From Lepidodermella squamata (taxonomy: Eukaryota; Animalia; Gastrotricha), in the NCBI GenBank assembly GCA_047495785.1, contig JBLDXI010000013.1, positions 1,984,001 to 2,048,000 on the forward strand: DNA of 64,000 bases, in the 5' to 3' direction. Of this stretch, positions 26,233-38,049 are shown in pieces. A program made the translations under genes and the position numbers. The notes below the pieces were generated by a model. That model did not search any database. It was not told where the DNA came from and saw nothing but the letters and a program-made list of their open reading frames with translations. How positions within the stretch are numbered: position 1 is the first letter of the stretch; each line of letters begins with the position of its first letter.

Positions 26233-26798
26233 TTTAAAAATTATATAAAAAATTAAATCTGATTTATACAAATTGTCGTTTTAAAAATCGATTAAAAATT
26301 CGTCAAAATCGGTTTACCCAAAATTATCTCCGAGTTTGACTTTGGCTGGACTTTGCAGCGATGAGTCATTTTCAGGTCAAGTGGCCGTGTTCCTCTCTAA
26401 GACTTTTTTGATAAGTAAAATGACTAAATATCCTTAGAAGAAAAAAGGCAACCCCGAACCTCCCTGATTTTATTTATTTATTATTTATTATTCGTTATTT
26501 TTATAAAATGCGTTTGGTACAATTTTCGCGTGTCCAGTCCGACTCATATTTCCTGTCCTGTCCGACCGACCTGCCGGTTATAATGAAAAGGCTACTCTCT
26601 GAGAATTTCTATCGCTCTGCGTAAAAGGAACACTCACTCACTCACGTGCGGCGTTGCTATGCAAAGCGGCAATCGCGCCGGTCAATAGGTAGCGAAAATA
26701 GAGCGCGCCGTTAATCACGGAATAGAAACAGGGAGAGTAGGTCATTTTCGCATTTTTTAAACAGAACGTCGTGCGCCGACAACTTTTGGCCTACAACT

Positions 26799-27440
26799 AT
26801 GATTACTAATATCGCAGCGTTTACCTTGCTATCGCTTTGCTCGGTTCATGTCTCTGCACTTCCGAGTTATCGCAACAACATCCCGAACGGTAACAGCGTT
26901 ATGGGGTGTAACAATCAAATTGTTGCCGGGGTTGGGCACGTTTCAACAAGCGGCGGCGGTTCTCTGAACCAGTTTGGCATCGACTTTCAAGCGGCTGGCA
27001 AGCAGTGGACGACTGAGCTGTGCCGCAAAGATAGTGACGGCGATGGCGTTTCGAACGGTGTCGAACTCGGCGATCCTAACTGTGTTTGGTCTGTGGGACA
27101 AGCACCCCAAAGCAGTTCGATCAGCCACCCAGGTGACCCGGCTTGCAACGGCCAGACAGCTGTTAACACCGGTTACGTGGCGACTAACAATAACTACAAC
27201 ACCGGGTACAATCCGAATACTGTTTACAACCCTAATACCTACAACACTGGCTACAACCCCAACACGGGTTACAATACTAACAATAATTACAACGGGTACA
27301 ATTACAACAACAACGGTTACTACAACGGCCAGCCGTACTACTGGCAGGGTAGTGGATACAACAGTGCCGATTCGAAAGTTGGCAGCATGCCTCGCATTGT
27401 CGGTCTCATTTCTGTTTTTGTTGTTGCCGCTAATTTTTGA
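26799..27440 (+). CDS. Temptin-domain protein with Asn/Tyr/Gly-rich tail and GPI-type signal (T1), intronless
   Basis: Signal peptide, IPNG..GVGH..GGG.LNQFGIDF..W..ELCRKDSDGDGVSNGVELGDPNCVW..HPG, YNPNT repeats, hydrophobic C-terminus. Confidence 0.85.
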   Translation: MITNIAAFTLLSLCSVHVSALPSYRNNIPNGNSVMGCNNQIVAGVGHVSTSGGGSLNQFGIDFQAAGKQWTTELCRKDSDGDGVSNGVELGDPNCVWSVGQAPQSSSISHPGDPACNGQTAVNTGYVATNNNYNTGYNPNTVYNPNTYNTGYNPNTGYNTNNNYNGYNYNNNGYYNGQPYYWQGSGYNSADSKVGSMPRIVGLISVFVVAANF

Positions 27441-27633
27441 ATATCAAAATAATGCTAAAACTGTACTTATAATATAATGGCACTGAATGCACGCCTTTTT
27501 GCTATTCGCAAGTTGTAAGAAATCGATTTGACGAGCTCCTGATTAATTGGGAAAAATAAAAATGTTGTTTTGTAAAATGCCAGAAGTTGACCGAATGTTT
27601 CCGAATTCCTTCGCAGCCGATACATCGACCAAG

Positions 27634-28325
27634 GCGCGGAAAAAAGTGCTATATCCATACCTGGCGGAAAATTACTTGTTATATTCATCGCGCTCCCTAC
27701 AATAGTTTGAAAACCCTGTTTCAAAATTCCTCAGGTGAATCAAAAGAGCTATTTCCACTGCGGCCGTCGTTTAACGAGGTCATTTTTCGACGGGCTGAGA
27801 CCAAAGCATGGAGCCAAGTCTACGCAAAAAAATGAATGCCCACTCAAAAAAATGAATGCATCGTAAAACTCATTGGTGACCATTTTTTGTTTTAACCCAT
27901 CTCAATATTCAAATGTGAGTTAATACACGCCGATAAGCGCTAATTTGTCCCATTCGTAACGGAATTGGCACTTTACAGATGAGCTCAAACTTTGCAAATC
28001 AACTAACCAATATTCAAAATGAAGAAATAAAATTTGCAAATCCGAGCAGTGAAAATATGGGAGCCGCAAAGAATCGAACCTGAGGCACCAGTAAACTATG
28101 TTTTCAAGCAAAAAACGCCAAGTACTATGTCCATTTTTAACCTGTAGCGCAAAAGGGGCGAATCCTTCAGGGAAACGAAAATGCGCCATTCAAAGGAGCG
28201 GGATCCTGAAACCCCAGTGAAATTTTGAATTGGTTATTTCAATGTAGTGAGATTTTTCTCAAAATTGGAAAATATTGGGTTTTTCCCGATTCATCACGAA
28301 AATTTGAAATGCACTTTTTCCGCGC
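27634..28325. mobile_element. Dispersed repeat / MITE with TIR GCGCGGAAAAA(A)GTGC
   Basis: Inverted termini at 27634 and 28311-28325. The interior is homologous to 46008-46560 (AAAATTCCTCAGG..TCAAAAGAGCTAT..GCGCCGATAAGCG..GAATCGAACC..GCACTTTTTCCGCGC). Confidence 0.7.
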
Positions 28326-28855
28326 GGAAGTGAAATAAAAAATTATGCTGATACTGGCGTGTTGTATTTTTTCAAATTTCCAAATAGAAATTATTACAGC
28401 AGATTTCCAAAAATTAAGCTGATCGAGCCATTTCTATTTTTTCAAAATCAATCGGTGAAAACGGAATGCTAGAAAATTGCGGCCAAATTATGATTAACAA
28501 ATGTCGCGTTCGAATTTCGCTAAATTTTCAAATCTTGACGCCTCGCAGGAATTTCACCCTTTGCTGAATAATTTCCGACACGTGAATGGAACGGAAGGGT
28601 TGCTTTTGCTTCTCTCGCTTTGCTTTTCCAAGCATCGCTTTGCTGATTTCAAAATGCGTTCCTCATATTTGTTGTTTTCTTGATTGAGCAACGATGTCGA
28701 CATGCCCACCACGGCGCGGTCCGGTTTTTTCGATTGTGACGTGGCAGTTTGGCGCGAAATAAGTTGCTTTGATATTTGAATTCAAGTCGTTCATTTCATC
28801 CGTTTTTTACTTCGAGCAACTGCAAAAGCTTCGTGTTTTATTCAACTGAGTCGCG

Positions 28856-29657
28856 ATGTCGCAAAAAACAACCGGTTCTCAAACCCGAGCTATGGAAGTT
28901 GATGTTCCTGAACTGCCTCCTGTTCCTGAGAAGGCTGTTGTTGTCGACGCTACGATGCCGAAAAAGCAAGCAGCGAAAAAGTCACCATCGCCGAAATCCA
29001 AGTCGTCACCTTCCCCGACTAAATCGAGCAGCCATCACCCGAGCTACCACGACATGATCATCGCAGCTCTGCAAGCCATCCACGAGTACACTGGCTCGAG
29101 TCGCGCGAAAATCGTCAACTGGATGATGAAGAACTACGAGCTTGGCGAAGATTCGTCCGCCGTCTCGAAACGAGTCAAGTTGAACTTGGTCAAAATGCTC
29201 GACAACCAAGACATCATCGACGTGAGTCTTTTCTTTCCACCATTTTTTGACTAATTTTCCCGCGTTTTTTAGACTGGAAAGAAGACCCATGGGTCGTTCA
29301 AGATCGCCCCCAAATCCGCTGAAAAGCCGAAGAAAGCTGACGACAAGCCAGCCGAAACCAAGAAGAAATCTGCAGCACCGGCTAAGAAAGTCACCGCCCC
29401 GAAAAAGCCTGCGTCTGCTGCTGATTCTGAGAAGAAAAAGGCTGCTCCGAAGAAAGCGGCTGCTTCAAAGGCTGGCGGCGATGCTACTGCGAAAACAGCC
29501 CCAAAGGTGTGTTTTATTCTTCAATTTTTTACTGATTATCTGTTTTTTCTTGCTATAGGCAAAGAAAGCCGAGGCACCGGCGAAGAAATCGGAGAAGTCG
29601 AAAAAGCCAGCCGCGCCGAAAAAAGCCGCAACCAAGAAGGCAAAGACCTCTGCTTAA
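28856..29657 (+). CDS. H1: Linker histone H1/H5-family protein, intron-containing (3 exons)
   Basis: HPSYHDMIIAAL..GSSRAKIVNWMMKNY..VKLNLVKML..GSFKI winged-helix core with a Lys/Ala/Pro-rich tail. Introns ~29222-29272 and ~29507-29558. Stop TAA 29655-29657. Confidence 0.85.
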
Positions 29658-30155
29658 GCTTAGAATTCAGACTTCAAATCAAACTTGACTTCTTATTGTG
29701 ATTTTCGCATTCTTTTCATTATTTGTACGATGACGTATTTGTTGTGCTTTTGCCTGTAATATGTGCCATGTAAGCAATAATAAGCTTGGGCCTGCTTGGG
29801 CCTGCTGTTTATGATTAATTCAATAAAGGTTACACGCCAATTGAGGCTATTATAATTTTTTGTCTTTTTTCTACACGATGATTCATAATATGAATGACCG
29901 CTCGTAGTAAGAAAAAACCCCGGTTTATTCGTAAATTGCAAATTCACCTACGTCAGAGATGTGACTTCTTCACGTGAGGGTGAGTAAGGTGAACGTGTAG
30001 CTGGGGCGTGTTTACTGCGATGATCTCAGCGTAGGTTGTTGGCTGGCCCTAGCGAATTCGTCTATAAAAGCGAATTTTAAATCGACAGAAGTATTCACTC
30101 ACTCTCAACTCTTCATTCTTCGAAATAATAATTTCTGGGTTTCAACATTACTACC

Positions 30156-30644
30156 ATGTCTCGAATTTTGATCATCTGTGCTGTTTTGGCCGTCGCCTGT
30201 GTCTTCGCTGACCCGGCTGGTAATCAACGAGGTCAAGGCAATGTGCTAGTCGGAGCTCAAGCCGGTCATTTGTCTGCCGGTCTCGGCGCTCGCGTTGGGG
30301 TCAACGCCTCATCGTCATCGCCCAGGCCTCAAAAGCCGGCTATCCAGTGGCTGAAATACAACCGTTGCGTCTGCTATTGCGCCGATATGCCTCAGTTCAA
30401 CCAGACCAATAATCAAAATCAGCAACAACAGCAACAACAGCAGGGTGTCCGTCAACAACAAGCCGGTGGCAATAACCAGCGCCAGCAACAACAACAGGGT
30501 CAAGGTAACGGTGCCCAAGGTCGTCCCGAGCACCATGGCGCAGGTTTTTTCAAGCCCCCAGTCAACGTGACTTCAAGCGAGTTCAGCTCATCGGACTACA
30601 AGGTTCGTCCTGGATGCTACTGCGCCTGCCCCAACGTCCAGTAA
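30156..30644 (+). CDS. Secreted Cys-clamp family protein, divergent member with poly-Gln loop
   Basis: Signal peptide, RCVCYC ... FSSSDYKVRPGCYCAC with Q/N/G-rich sequence between. TATAAAA at ~30063. Confidence 0.8.
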   Translation: MSRILIICAVLAVACVFADPAGNQRGQGNVLVGAQAGHLSAGLGARVGVNASSSSPRPQKPAIQWLKYNRCVCYCADMPQFNQTNNQNQQQQQQQQGVRQQQAGGNNQRQQQQQGQGNGAQGRPEHHGAGFFKPPVNVTSSEFSSSDYKVRPGCYCACPNVQ

Positions 30645-30991
30645 TCCGATCGAAAAATCGGTTGATGATTCATTTAAATTATGTAGTTTTTTGCTTTAAT
30701 TGCTTACAAAAATCTGACCCACTGGTATGGGCAGTAAATGGCCCTCATAGTTTTTTCAATAAGAATACGGAGTATAAATAAGTTCTGAGAATAAATACTC
30801 TTTTCAACGTATAAAACGAGTCTGTTTTTATCAATGCGCCCTCGCAAAAAAGCGTACCTGATTTCGGAGTTGCCAAGCAGAGCGCCGTCCAGAATTTGCA
30901 CGCATCCTACATAATTCCAAGGGTATAAATGAATTGCCATTTTTTATGAGAGAGTAATTTCTTGAAATCGTGAATAACATTTCTTTCGGCG

Positions 30992-32085
30992 ATGGCATTA
31001 GAAATCCTGACGCTTTTTGCCACAATAGTTACACTTGCGACAGGTTACCCTTCTTACCAATCGAAGATTCCCAATGGCGCTTCAGTGCCAAATCCTTGCC
31101 TTTCTGGATCGATTTGGACTGGTTAATAAACTTCAGGAGCTTTATTCCAATTTGCTGTTAATACGCGATTTATTTCAGGTGTTGGACACCAGAAGACAGC
31201 AGGAGGTGGCGTAGCCAATCAGTTTGGCCTGGATTTTCAGAAAGCCGGACATAAATGGACCGTTGAGCTGTGTCAAAAAGACAGCGATGGTAATTTTTCG
31301 GGTTTTTCGAGATTTAGGTGTAATTTTTGCTTGAAGGGGATGGCTCGACCAATGGCCAAGAGCTCGGCGATCCCGGATGCCAATGGCAACCCGGGGATAC
31401 CCCGTCTGCCAGCGCTTCTGGTCACCCTGGTATTTGCGAGCCGATCACATCTTATCAGTGCCAAAATAGCACAGCTAATGCATTTCTGTCATCAATCGGC
31501 TGCAGTTCCGGCTCGGCTTCGATATTAATTGTTAATAGCCCACCTGCCGTGGTGGTTCCAGTCGTCAGCGCGATTTCAAATACTAATTCGAACAACAATA
31601 ACAATGCGAACCGAAATACCGCGTCGTCTTTGAATACCAACTACAACAATAATTACAACAGTAACGGCAACGTCAACAACAATAACAACTATTACAACGG
31701 CAACACCAACACCAACAATAACTACAACGGCAATAGCAACGTCAACAGCTACAACAACAACTACAACACCAACAACAATAACTACAACCCCAACAACTAC
31801 AATAACTACAACAGCAACAACTACAATCCCAACAACTACAATAACTACAACAGTAACAGTAATAACTACAACGGCAACAGCTACAATCCCAACAACTACA
31901 ATCCCAACAACTACAATCCCTACAATAGTTACAACAGTGGCTACAATAATAACTACAATCGAAATGGCTATTACTGGAATAATTACGGAAACGGATACTA
32001 CGACAGCAGTGCCGAAAGCTGGAAGTTTTCGAAAATATTGTTGGGCGTGAGTGCAGCTTCAATAGCTCTGATTGCCAGTTTTTAA
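30992..32085 (+). CDS. Temptin-domain protein with long Asn/Tyr-rich tail and GPI-type signal (T2; 3 exons)
   Basis: MALEILTLFATIVTLATG signal peptide. Introns at WTG|VGH (~31122-31178) and DSDG|D (~31291-31336). NGQELGDPGCQW..HPGICEP, (NNYNP)n tail, hydrophobic C-terminus. Confidence 0.85.
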
Positions 32086-33377
32086 TGTGATCGAAAACGA
32101 CACGGCAATAAAAGTCACAGTTATCTGTTTTCTAACTTCGATATTTCAATAAAAGAGGCCATTGAAGAGAGGATACCGTCATTTGGGGTGAAATGGCCAC
32201 GCGAAAAAAGATTATCCGTGTTTTTTTCCGCCTTTTTACACGTTTCAAAGGGTCCTCATTCCGATATTATAGGAAGCTCAATTTACCCCAGAGATGGGAC
32301 GATTCGGCCAGTTAATTTTGCAAATTGGCAATAATTATTGTATACAATTTATAGGTAAGGATAATCATGTAATTTGTTTTTAATAACTATAGTGATTGCG
32401 AGGGCTGACTGGTCGAGTGGTTGTGATGCGTCATTAGAAAGCGTCAGATGAGATTTTAATTAGCTTTTTAATTATTCCACGTATATCCGCGGAATGTTTT
32501 CTGTTCGGGAGACCTTTAAAACCCACTCAGCAATAGATCTACGGAAAAAATAAAGAAACCATTTTTAAAACTAATTAAAAAGGAAAATTTGAAAAATTGG
32601 CCTCAGTTATACCCGGCGCCATACCTGTGCACCATCGTGTTATTCGCGGTTTTTTGCTGTCATCTACGAAAAAAATGGTCAAAGGAAAAAATGTCATCTG
32701 AACATCAAACCTCGTTCTTGGTTCCAGATAACCCAGATTTACGGGGATCAATTTTAGCTGCCTAAACTAACCTAAACTAACCTAGCTTGCCGTGACCTCA
32801 TTTTGGGACATGGCTAAGAATTTACACATGTGTAGGAGGTCTGTTGATAATCGCCCCCATAAATTTTCCAAGCCTGACCTCGTAGCTTTTGAGCCATCGA
32901 TAAAACCTCAACTTTTGGCTAATTAGCTAATTGGTTCGTTTTACCCAAAATGGAGATATTGACCCCGCCGTGGAACCCTCCTGAAACCTCCGCTTTTCTT
33001 TTCCAAAGCTTATAGTGAATTCTAGATATGAGAGGAAATATAAAATCTAGTGTTTCATAGCCAGAGGTTTCTCATAATTTAGAATAAGGTAACACGGATC
33101 ACCACGATTCTAAGTTATGATAACGAAGGTATTTTCTCGAACATGTGTAATTTAAGGTTCGCCAAGAATAGGCGACGCGCTACCCCTCATAGACGAACAT
33201 CGGCTTAAGAGCTCGCGAAATGAGTCATAAGAAGAACAATCTCGACGCTGTTCTTTCATTATTTTGCACGTGAACGCTCCAACTCGTTTTTGTCAATTCT
33301 GAAGAACACGCATGCCGGCTAGAACCTCGAGCTTAAAATCGTGCTAACACATTTACTACAGTTTTAAATCTGCAAAA

Positions 33378-35470
33378 ATGACCTACATCTTAGCAGCTCT
33401 CTTTGTGCTGCCACTAATCGCTGCAAGACCAGAATTTCAGCAAGAAATTCCTAATGGAGGAGCCGTGCCTCATCCATGCAGCCCGGGCGAATTGTGGAAA
33501 GGCGTCGGCCATCAAATTGTTCAGGGCCAGGGTCCTCTGAACCCATTTGGCCGCGATTTTTTAGCGGCTAGGAAAAAATGGACAGTTGAACTTTGCCGGA
33601 AAGATAGCGATGGAGATGGCAAATCAAACGGAGAAGAATTGGGCGATCCGACCTGCAAATGGGCGAAAGGCCAGGCGAACCCGCCGCCAGCTGGCAACAA
33701 CAAAATCAGCCACCCTGGCGTCTGCGAACCCATTGAATCGTCAAGCTGTCGGCAGAAAAACTCATTCCTAGACAAAATCGAATCTTGCAATAAGGTACTG
33801 CAGAATCCGAAAAAGGATTGGTGCCCGCAGCTTAAGAGTGAAAAGGCAGTCAAATCGATCGAACTAAGGTTCAACCGAACAGTTGTACCAGCTAACGACA
33901 CTATTTACATGTGCCAGTACTTCGATCTGCCAAGTGACCAAGACTACCAAATAATCGCTGTAAGAATTTAGGCTGAAAATGATTTTTTTTAAATTTCATT
34001 ATTTACTAGTGGGAACCAATTATTGACAACTACGAACTAATGCATCACATTTTGCTATCCGGCTGTAATGGACCAGCTGAAGAGGGTATGTTAGCTCGTT
34101 CGAAGAAGTTCAAGGAGCCAGAGAGATGTCCTATGATGCCTCCGATTTGCTCTGTCTGGTCGATTGTTTGGGCTTTTGGGTAATAGCAATCCTTACCAGC
34201 TTTTCATATTCTATACTATGATTTTTAAAACAGCCAAGATAGCCGTTGCTATGGTAACGATACTGGCCTGTTGATAGGCAACAGCACCTACCGCAAGATT
34301 TTGATGCAGCTCCACTACAACAATCCGAATTTGCTTGAAAATATTGTCGATTCGGGTGGTGTCAGGATTTACTATGTCCCTCAGAAGCGGAAGTACAACG
34401 CAGCTATGCTGACTGTTGGCCAGCTCAACTTTGCGATACCACCCCAGGTCGAAACGTTCGCTGCAACAGCCAACTCGTTCCCAACGGCCAACTGCAGCCA
34501 GGCTTTGCTCGGCCGGGATAAGTTCTACTTGACATCAGTCTTCTTCCACATGCATAAGCTCGGGGTTTATGCGAAGCTGTCGATTCGGCGTAAAAATGGC
34601 ACCGTCGAGCAATTACTTGATGATTACGCGACCTACGACACGCCTCCGTTTTTGTGGTGGGAGACGCAGGAAGAAGCTCCTTACCTTCAAGCCGGCGATA
34701 ACATTCAAATGGAATGCCGATATTCGACCCTCGAAGTGAAGGAGGGCTACACGTTTTTCGGTGAACGAACGTCCGATGAAATGTGCATCGCCTTCATTGA
34801 ACTTTTCCCGCGGCCGAGGAACATGAGCTACCTGAACTTCTTATCTGTTGATGAGGTAATTTGCCCATTTCTACCTAGAGCTTGAATCATCTCTTACTAT
34901 TTATGAAGAATAATGCTTGCACCTGGTCGCCTTTGATGAGTGGTCGAAATGCGAGTTCGTTCAGCGTCCAAAATTGCAAAACAACCCCGTTCCGCGAGAA
35001 GCTTGCCATGTTGGCGAATACCACTAATGAAGGTCATTTATTGAAAAACTGCGGATCAAAGGTTTACCCAGCTGTTAATTGCTCACGAGTTTGCAGAAGG
35101 TAATGGCTTGAACACGTTAATCTTTAATTATAACTGAATCATCCCTAATACTAGCTTTATCGAGCGAAACAACCTGACCAGCGATCCTTGTATTGAAAAC
35201 GTAAAGACGTTTGTTGCTGCGACTAACTTGGGAGTTTTCCCAAGTTACGAAGACGTCTATCACGTCTATTCGCATATGGAGTTGTGCAGGTACGAAATTC
35301 TGGGCATTACACCACCGGCACGGACGACTACGACCGTTACTACCACTCAGCCATCAACGGTAGTAACTATGGCTGCTTTGGCGAAAGACAAAGCTTCATC
35401 CGGTTCAGTCATAGCTGCGACCATTCCGGTGATCATCTCCAGTGTTCTACTGATGATCAACAGCATTTAA
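33378..35470 (+). CDS. Temptin + Cu type II monooxygenase, copy F; Thr-rich stalk + GPI-type signal
   Basis: Uninterrupted temptin exon, MHH, QLHYNN, FHMH, DEMC. Introns at IIA|WE, AFG|Q, VDE|N and CR|F. TTTTVTTT stalk then ASSGSVIAATIPVIISSVLLMINSI. Confidence 0.9.
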
Positions 35471-35774
35471 GGCTACAATGCAAATAAGTGATTAGAAATT
35501 CAAATACCTAATTCAAAATAAGCAAGATAAGTAGCTCGAATACTGAAAGTAATTTTTCTGCTTCGGAAGAATTCGGGAGAAATAAACCCCCAAAATACCC
35601 GATTGGATTTAGTCCGGTAATTATCGGTATTTTACCGAATTTCTCAGCATTGTTAAATTTTACTTGACAAGTTTCACAGTTGATGAGCACTTTCATGGCA
35701 ATTTCGATACAATTTTAGAATTTTAGATCCAAACTATCTACAGTTGTGTTTGAAATGTTGTATCAGTGTGATGA

Positions 35775-36244
35775 TCAGAACAAAATGATTCCATCATGCA
35801 TGCCGGACATTATTTGTCGGGCGAGAATCTGCGCCCACAAGTAGAATGTCAGCTTGTTCTCGCAGACGGCGCGTGATCGAAAGAAGTGGATGCACGTTTT
35901 AAAGCGAAGTTGGTGCATGAGTTGACCAATCTGATCCTTAATGCGCGTATTGCTTTCTATCAGCAATTTCAGCGATCTCAGCATGCTTTGTTTTACCATT
36001 CGCACCTTCTTGGCTAGTTATAGAAAAGAATCAATTGAAAATACGGTTTTTAGTATTGTCATTATTGCTTACCAGTTGTGTTCGACGGATTCGACTTTGC
36101 GTCGATAACAGCATTCGGAGCTTCATTGTTGACTGCCAGCTGCGGCGATTCTAGATCAACCCCAGGCTCAGTATTGATAGGCTGAGTAATAGCTACGCTA
36201 GCAGACAATGTGCTAATTAAAATACACCTCGTGAGGAAAGCCAT
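35775..36244 (-). CDS. Small secreted protein of unknown function (2 exons)
   Basis: Signal-like MAFLTRCILISTLSASVA. A GTAAGC donor near 36072 and a CTAG acceptor near 36014 join the two minus-strand ORFs in frame. Confidence 0.5.
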
Positions 36245-38049
36245 GTGAATGTTTGAAGGCTGCGTATCCCATTTTATGCGCAGCCTCCTACCTGCTTCAA
36301 CTATTCACCCTAAAAATCCAAAGATGATTCATTTTTATGAAATGTTAAAACGCAACGCGCCGGTTTTAAACACATTCGTGATGATACAAATATATACCTC
36401 CAAATGATTATTAGAGCTGTTTTTTTTGGCTGGTATTTCGGTAGTGATGCGTCCTAATATAAGCATCATATACGGAGGACGTTACATCGTTAGCGTCGAT
36501 GAATAACTCGGATTTATTGGATAATTTATGTTAGAGGTGTTTATTTTATAGGTGACCTTTAACAAGTGAAAAGTGGGGCTTTGCGAATTTTCTGTATTTT
36601 CCAGCAATTAGTTACAAGTTTGAAGTAGGACCATATTCTTGAACTTCAAGATTTTCTTACTCAGTTTTTCTTGACGATTTTTAATTTCCAAATTTCAGAC
36701 CTCTAGGATGCTCCCGGCCTCCTTAAAAGACGGGAAACCCCAGACTGTTGCTCAAAAGTATTATCGATTCAGGTTGATATGGGAATGCACTACCTTTATT
36801 CCGCCAAAATTTTCGAATATCCAGCAAAATTCCTCACCTCAGATCACCCAAAAAATATTGAATGCGCATAAGAAAATAACATCAGAATTTATTGCGTAGC
36901 GATCATCAATTGATGAACTAAATTTTTTGGGCGCACCTTTTTCGAAATTGTTGAGTTTTAAACTTTAGAGCCCAGTTTCTCAGCAACTCTGCCGACTTTC
37001 AACCTATTTTTGATATCGCTCGACTCCTCGTTAATTAATCTGGAAAGTGACATCAAAATCGCATGATGTCAAAATTTTCGCCAAGTCCCACTTTTCACTT
37101 GTTAACGGTCAGATGTTTATTTTTCACTCTCAACTTAACATTCGTCATCAAACATTGAGTTTCTCGCCATTTTTAAATCAAACGCTCATTCTTCATTCTG
37201 CTGATTTTCTTTTATTTTCACTCGCATTTTTGCTGTCGTATCTTCGCATCAAACTGACCCGCTGCTATGTCAAAGAATGACGCAATGGCTCAAAAGCCAT
37301 TCGAACTATATCGGCTTGTCAAATCAACTCTCCCCCTGAGTGAATTCGGCTCATGGCAATCAATTCGACGATGATCAGTGTCGATTTCAAGCTCAATCCT
37401 GTCGTCGATCGCGTTCGAGGAAGCAAGCCGTTGAACCAGATCGAGCTGATGGAATATGGCTCGGAATCCGAGGGGACTGCGCCGCCATTGTGGTAACTTC
37501 CAGGACGATTGCTGCTCGAACTTCGCGACTGCCGCGGAGGAGCTCTTCTGTGTTTTATTGGGGCTGATAGGCCGTAATTTGCTCAATATTCAAATTTTAT
37601 CAGGTACCAGGACTTGGAAATTCGGCTGCTATCAATTTACAATTTTTTCAATTTCATTGTACCAATAAAACGCGATCAGGTAATACTTCATGACTGTTAA
37701 AAACTGAAAACTGCAAAGATCGCTGTTGAATTATCTGAATGCATCAAAGTTCAGCAAGCCCATGCGCTGGCCAGAAAAAATGACGTAAACAACCTCTAGC
37801 TTGAGCGTAACGTCTTTGCTGTCACCGCAGAGGGTCTAGAATCGAGGCCGAAAACAAAAATAACGTGTGTGCCATAAAAAAATGTCCAAAACTCCTGAAA
37901 TTCATGAAACCTTAACAGCCCACGATTGTTCACGGCCTCATTTTTTAACCTTCGATGTGCATAAAGTCCTGATAAGTGAGTTCACGCATACGGTATTTAT
38001 ACAGACAAAGATATTACTCTAAAAACGCTAATCTAAGAGCTTCAAGATA

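Noticed and set aside
31742-32062. Cys-rich metallothionein- or keratin-associated-like ORF on the minus strand
   Set aside because: Antisense reading of the AAC/TAC (Asn/Tyr) repeat of T2.
32174-32957. Possible TA-CCGT MITE
   Set aside because: The right-hand TIR is too degenerate to support.
37260-37670. GC-richer coding-looking patch with several short ORFs
   Set aside because: Could not build a coherent frame or identify homology; it may be a decayed gene.
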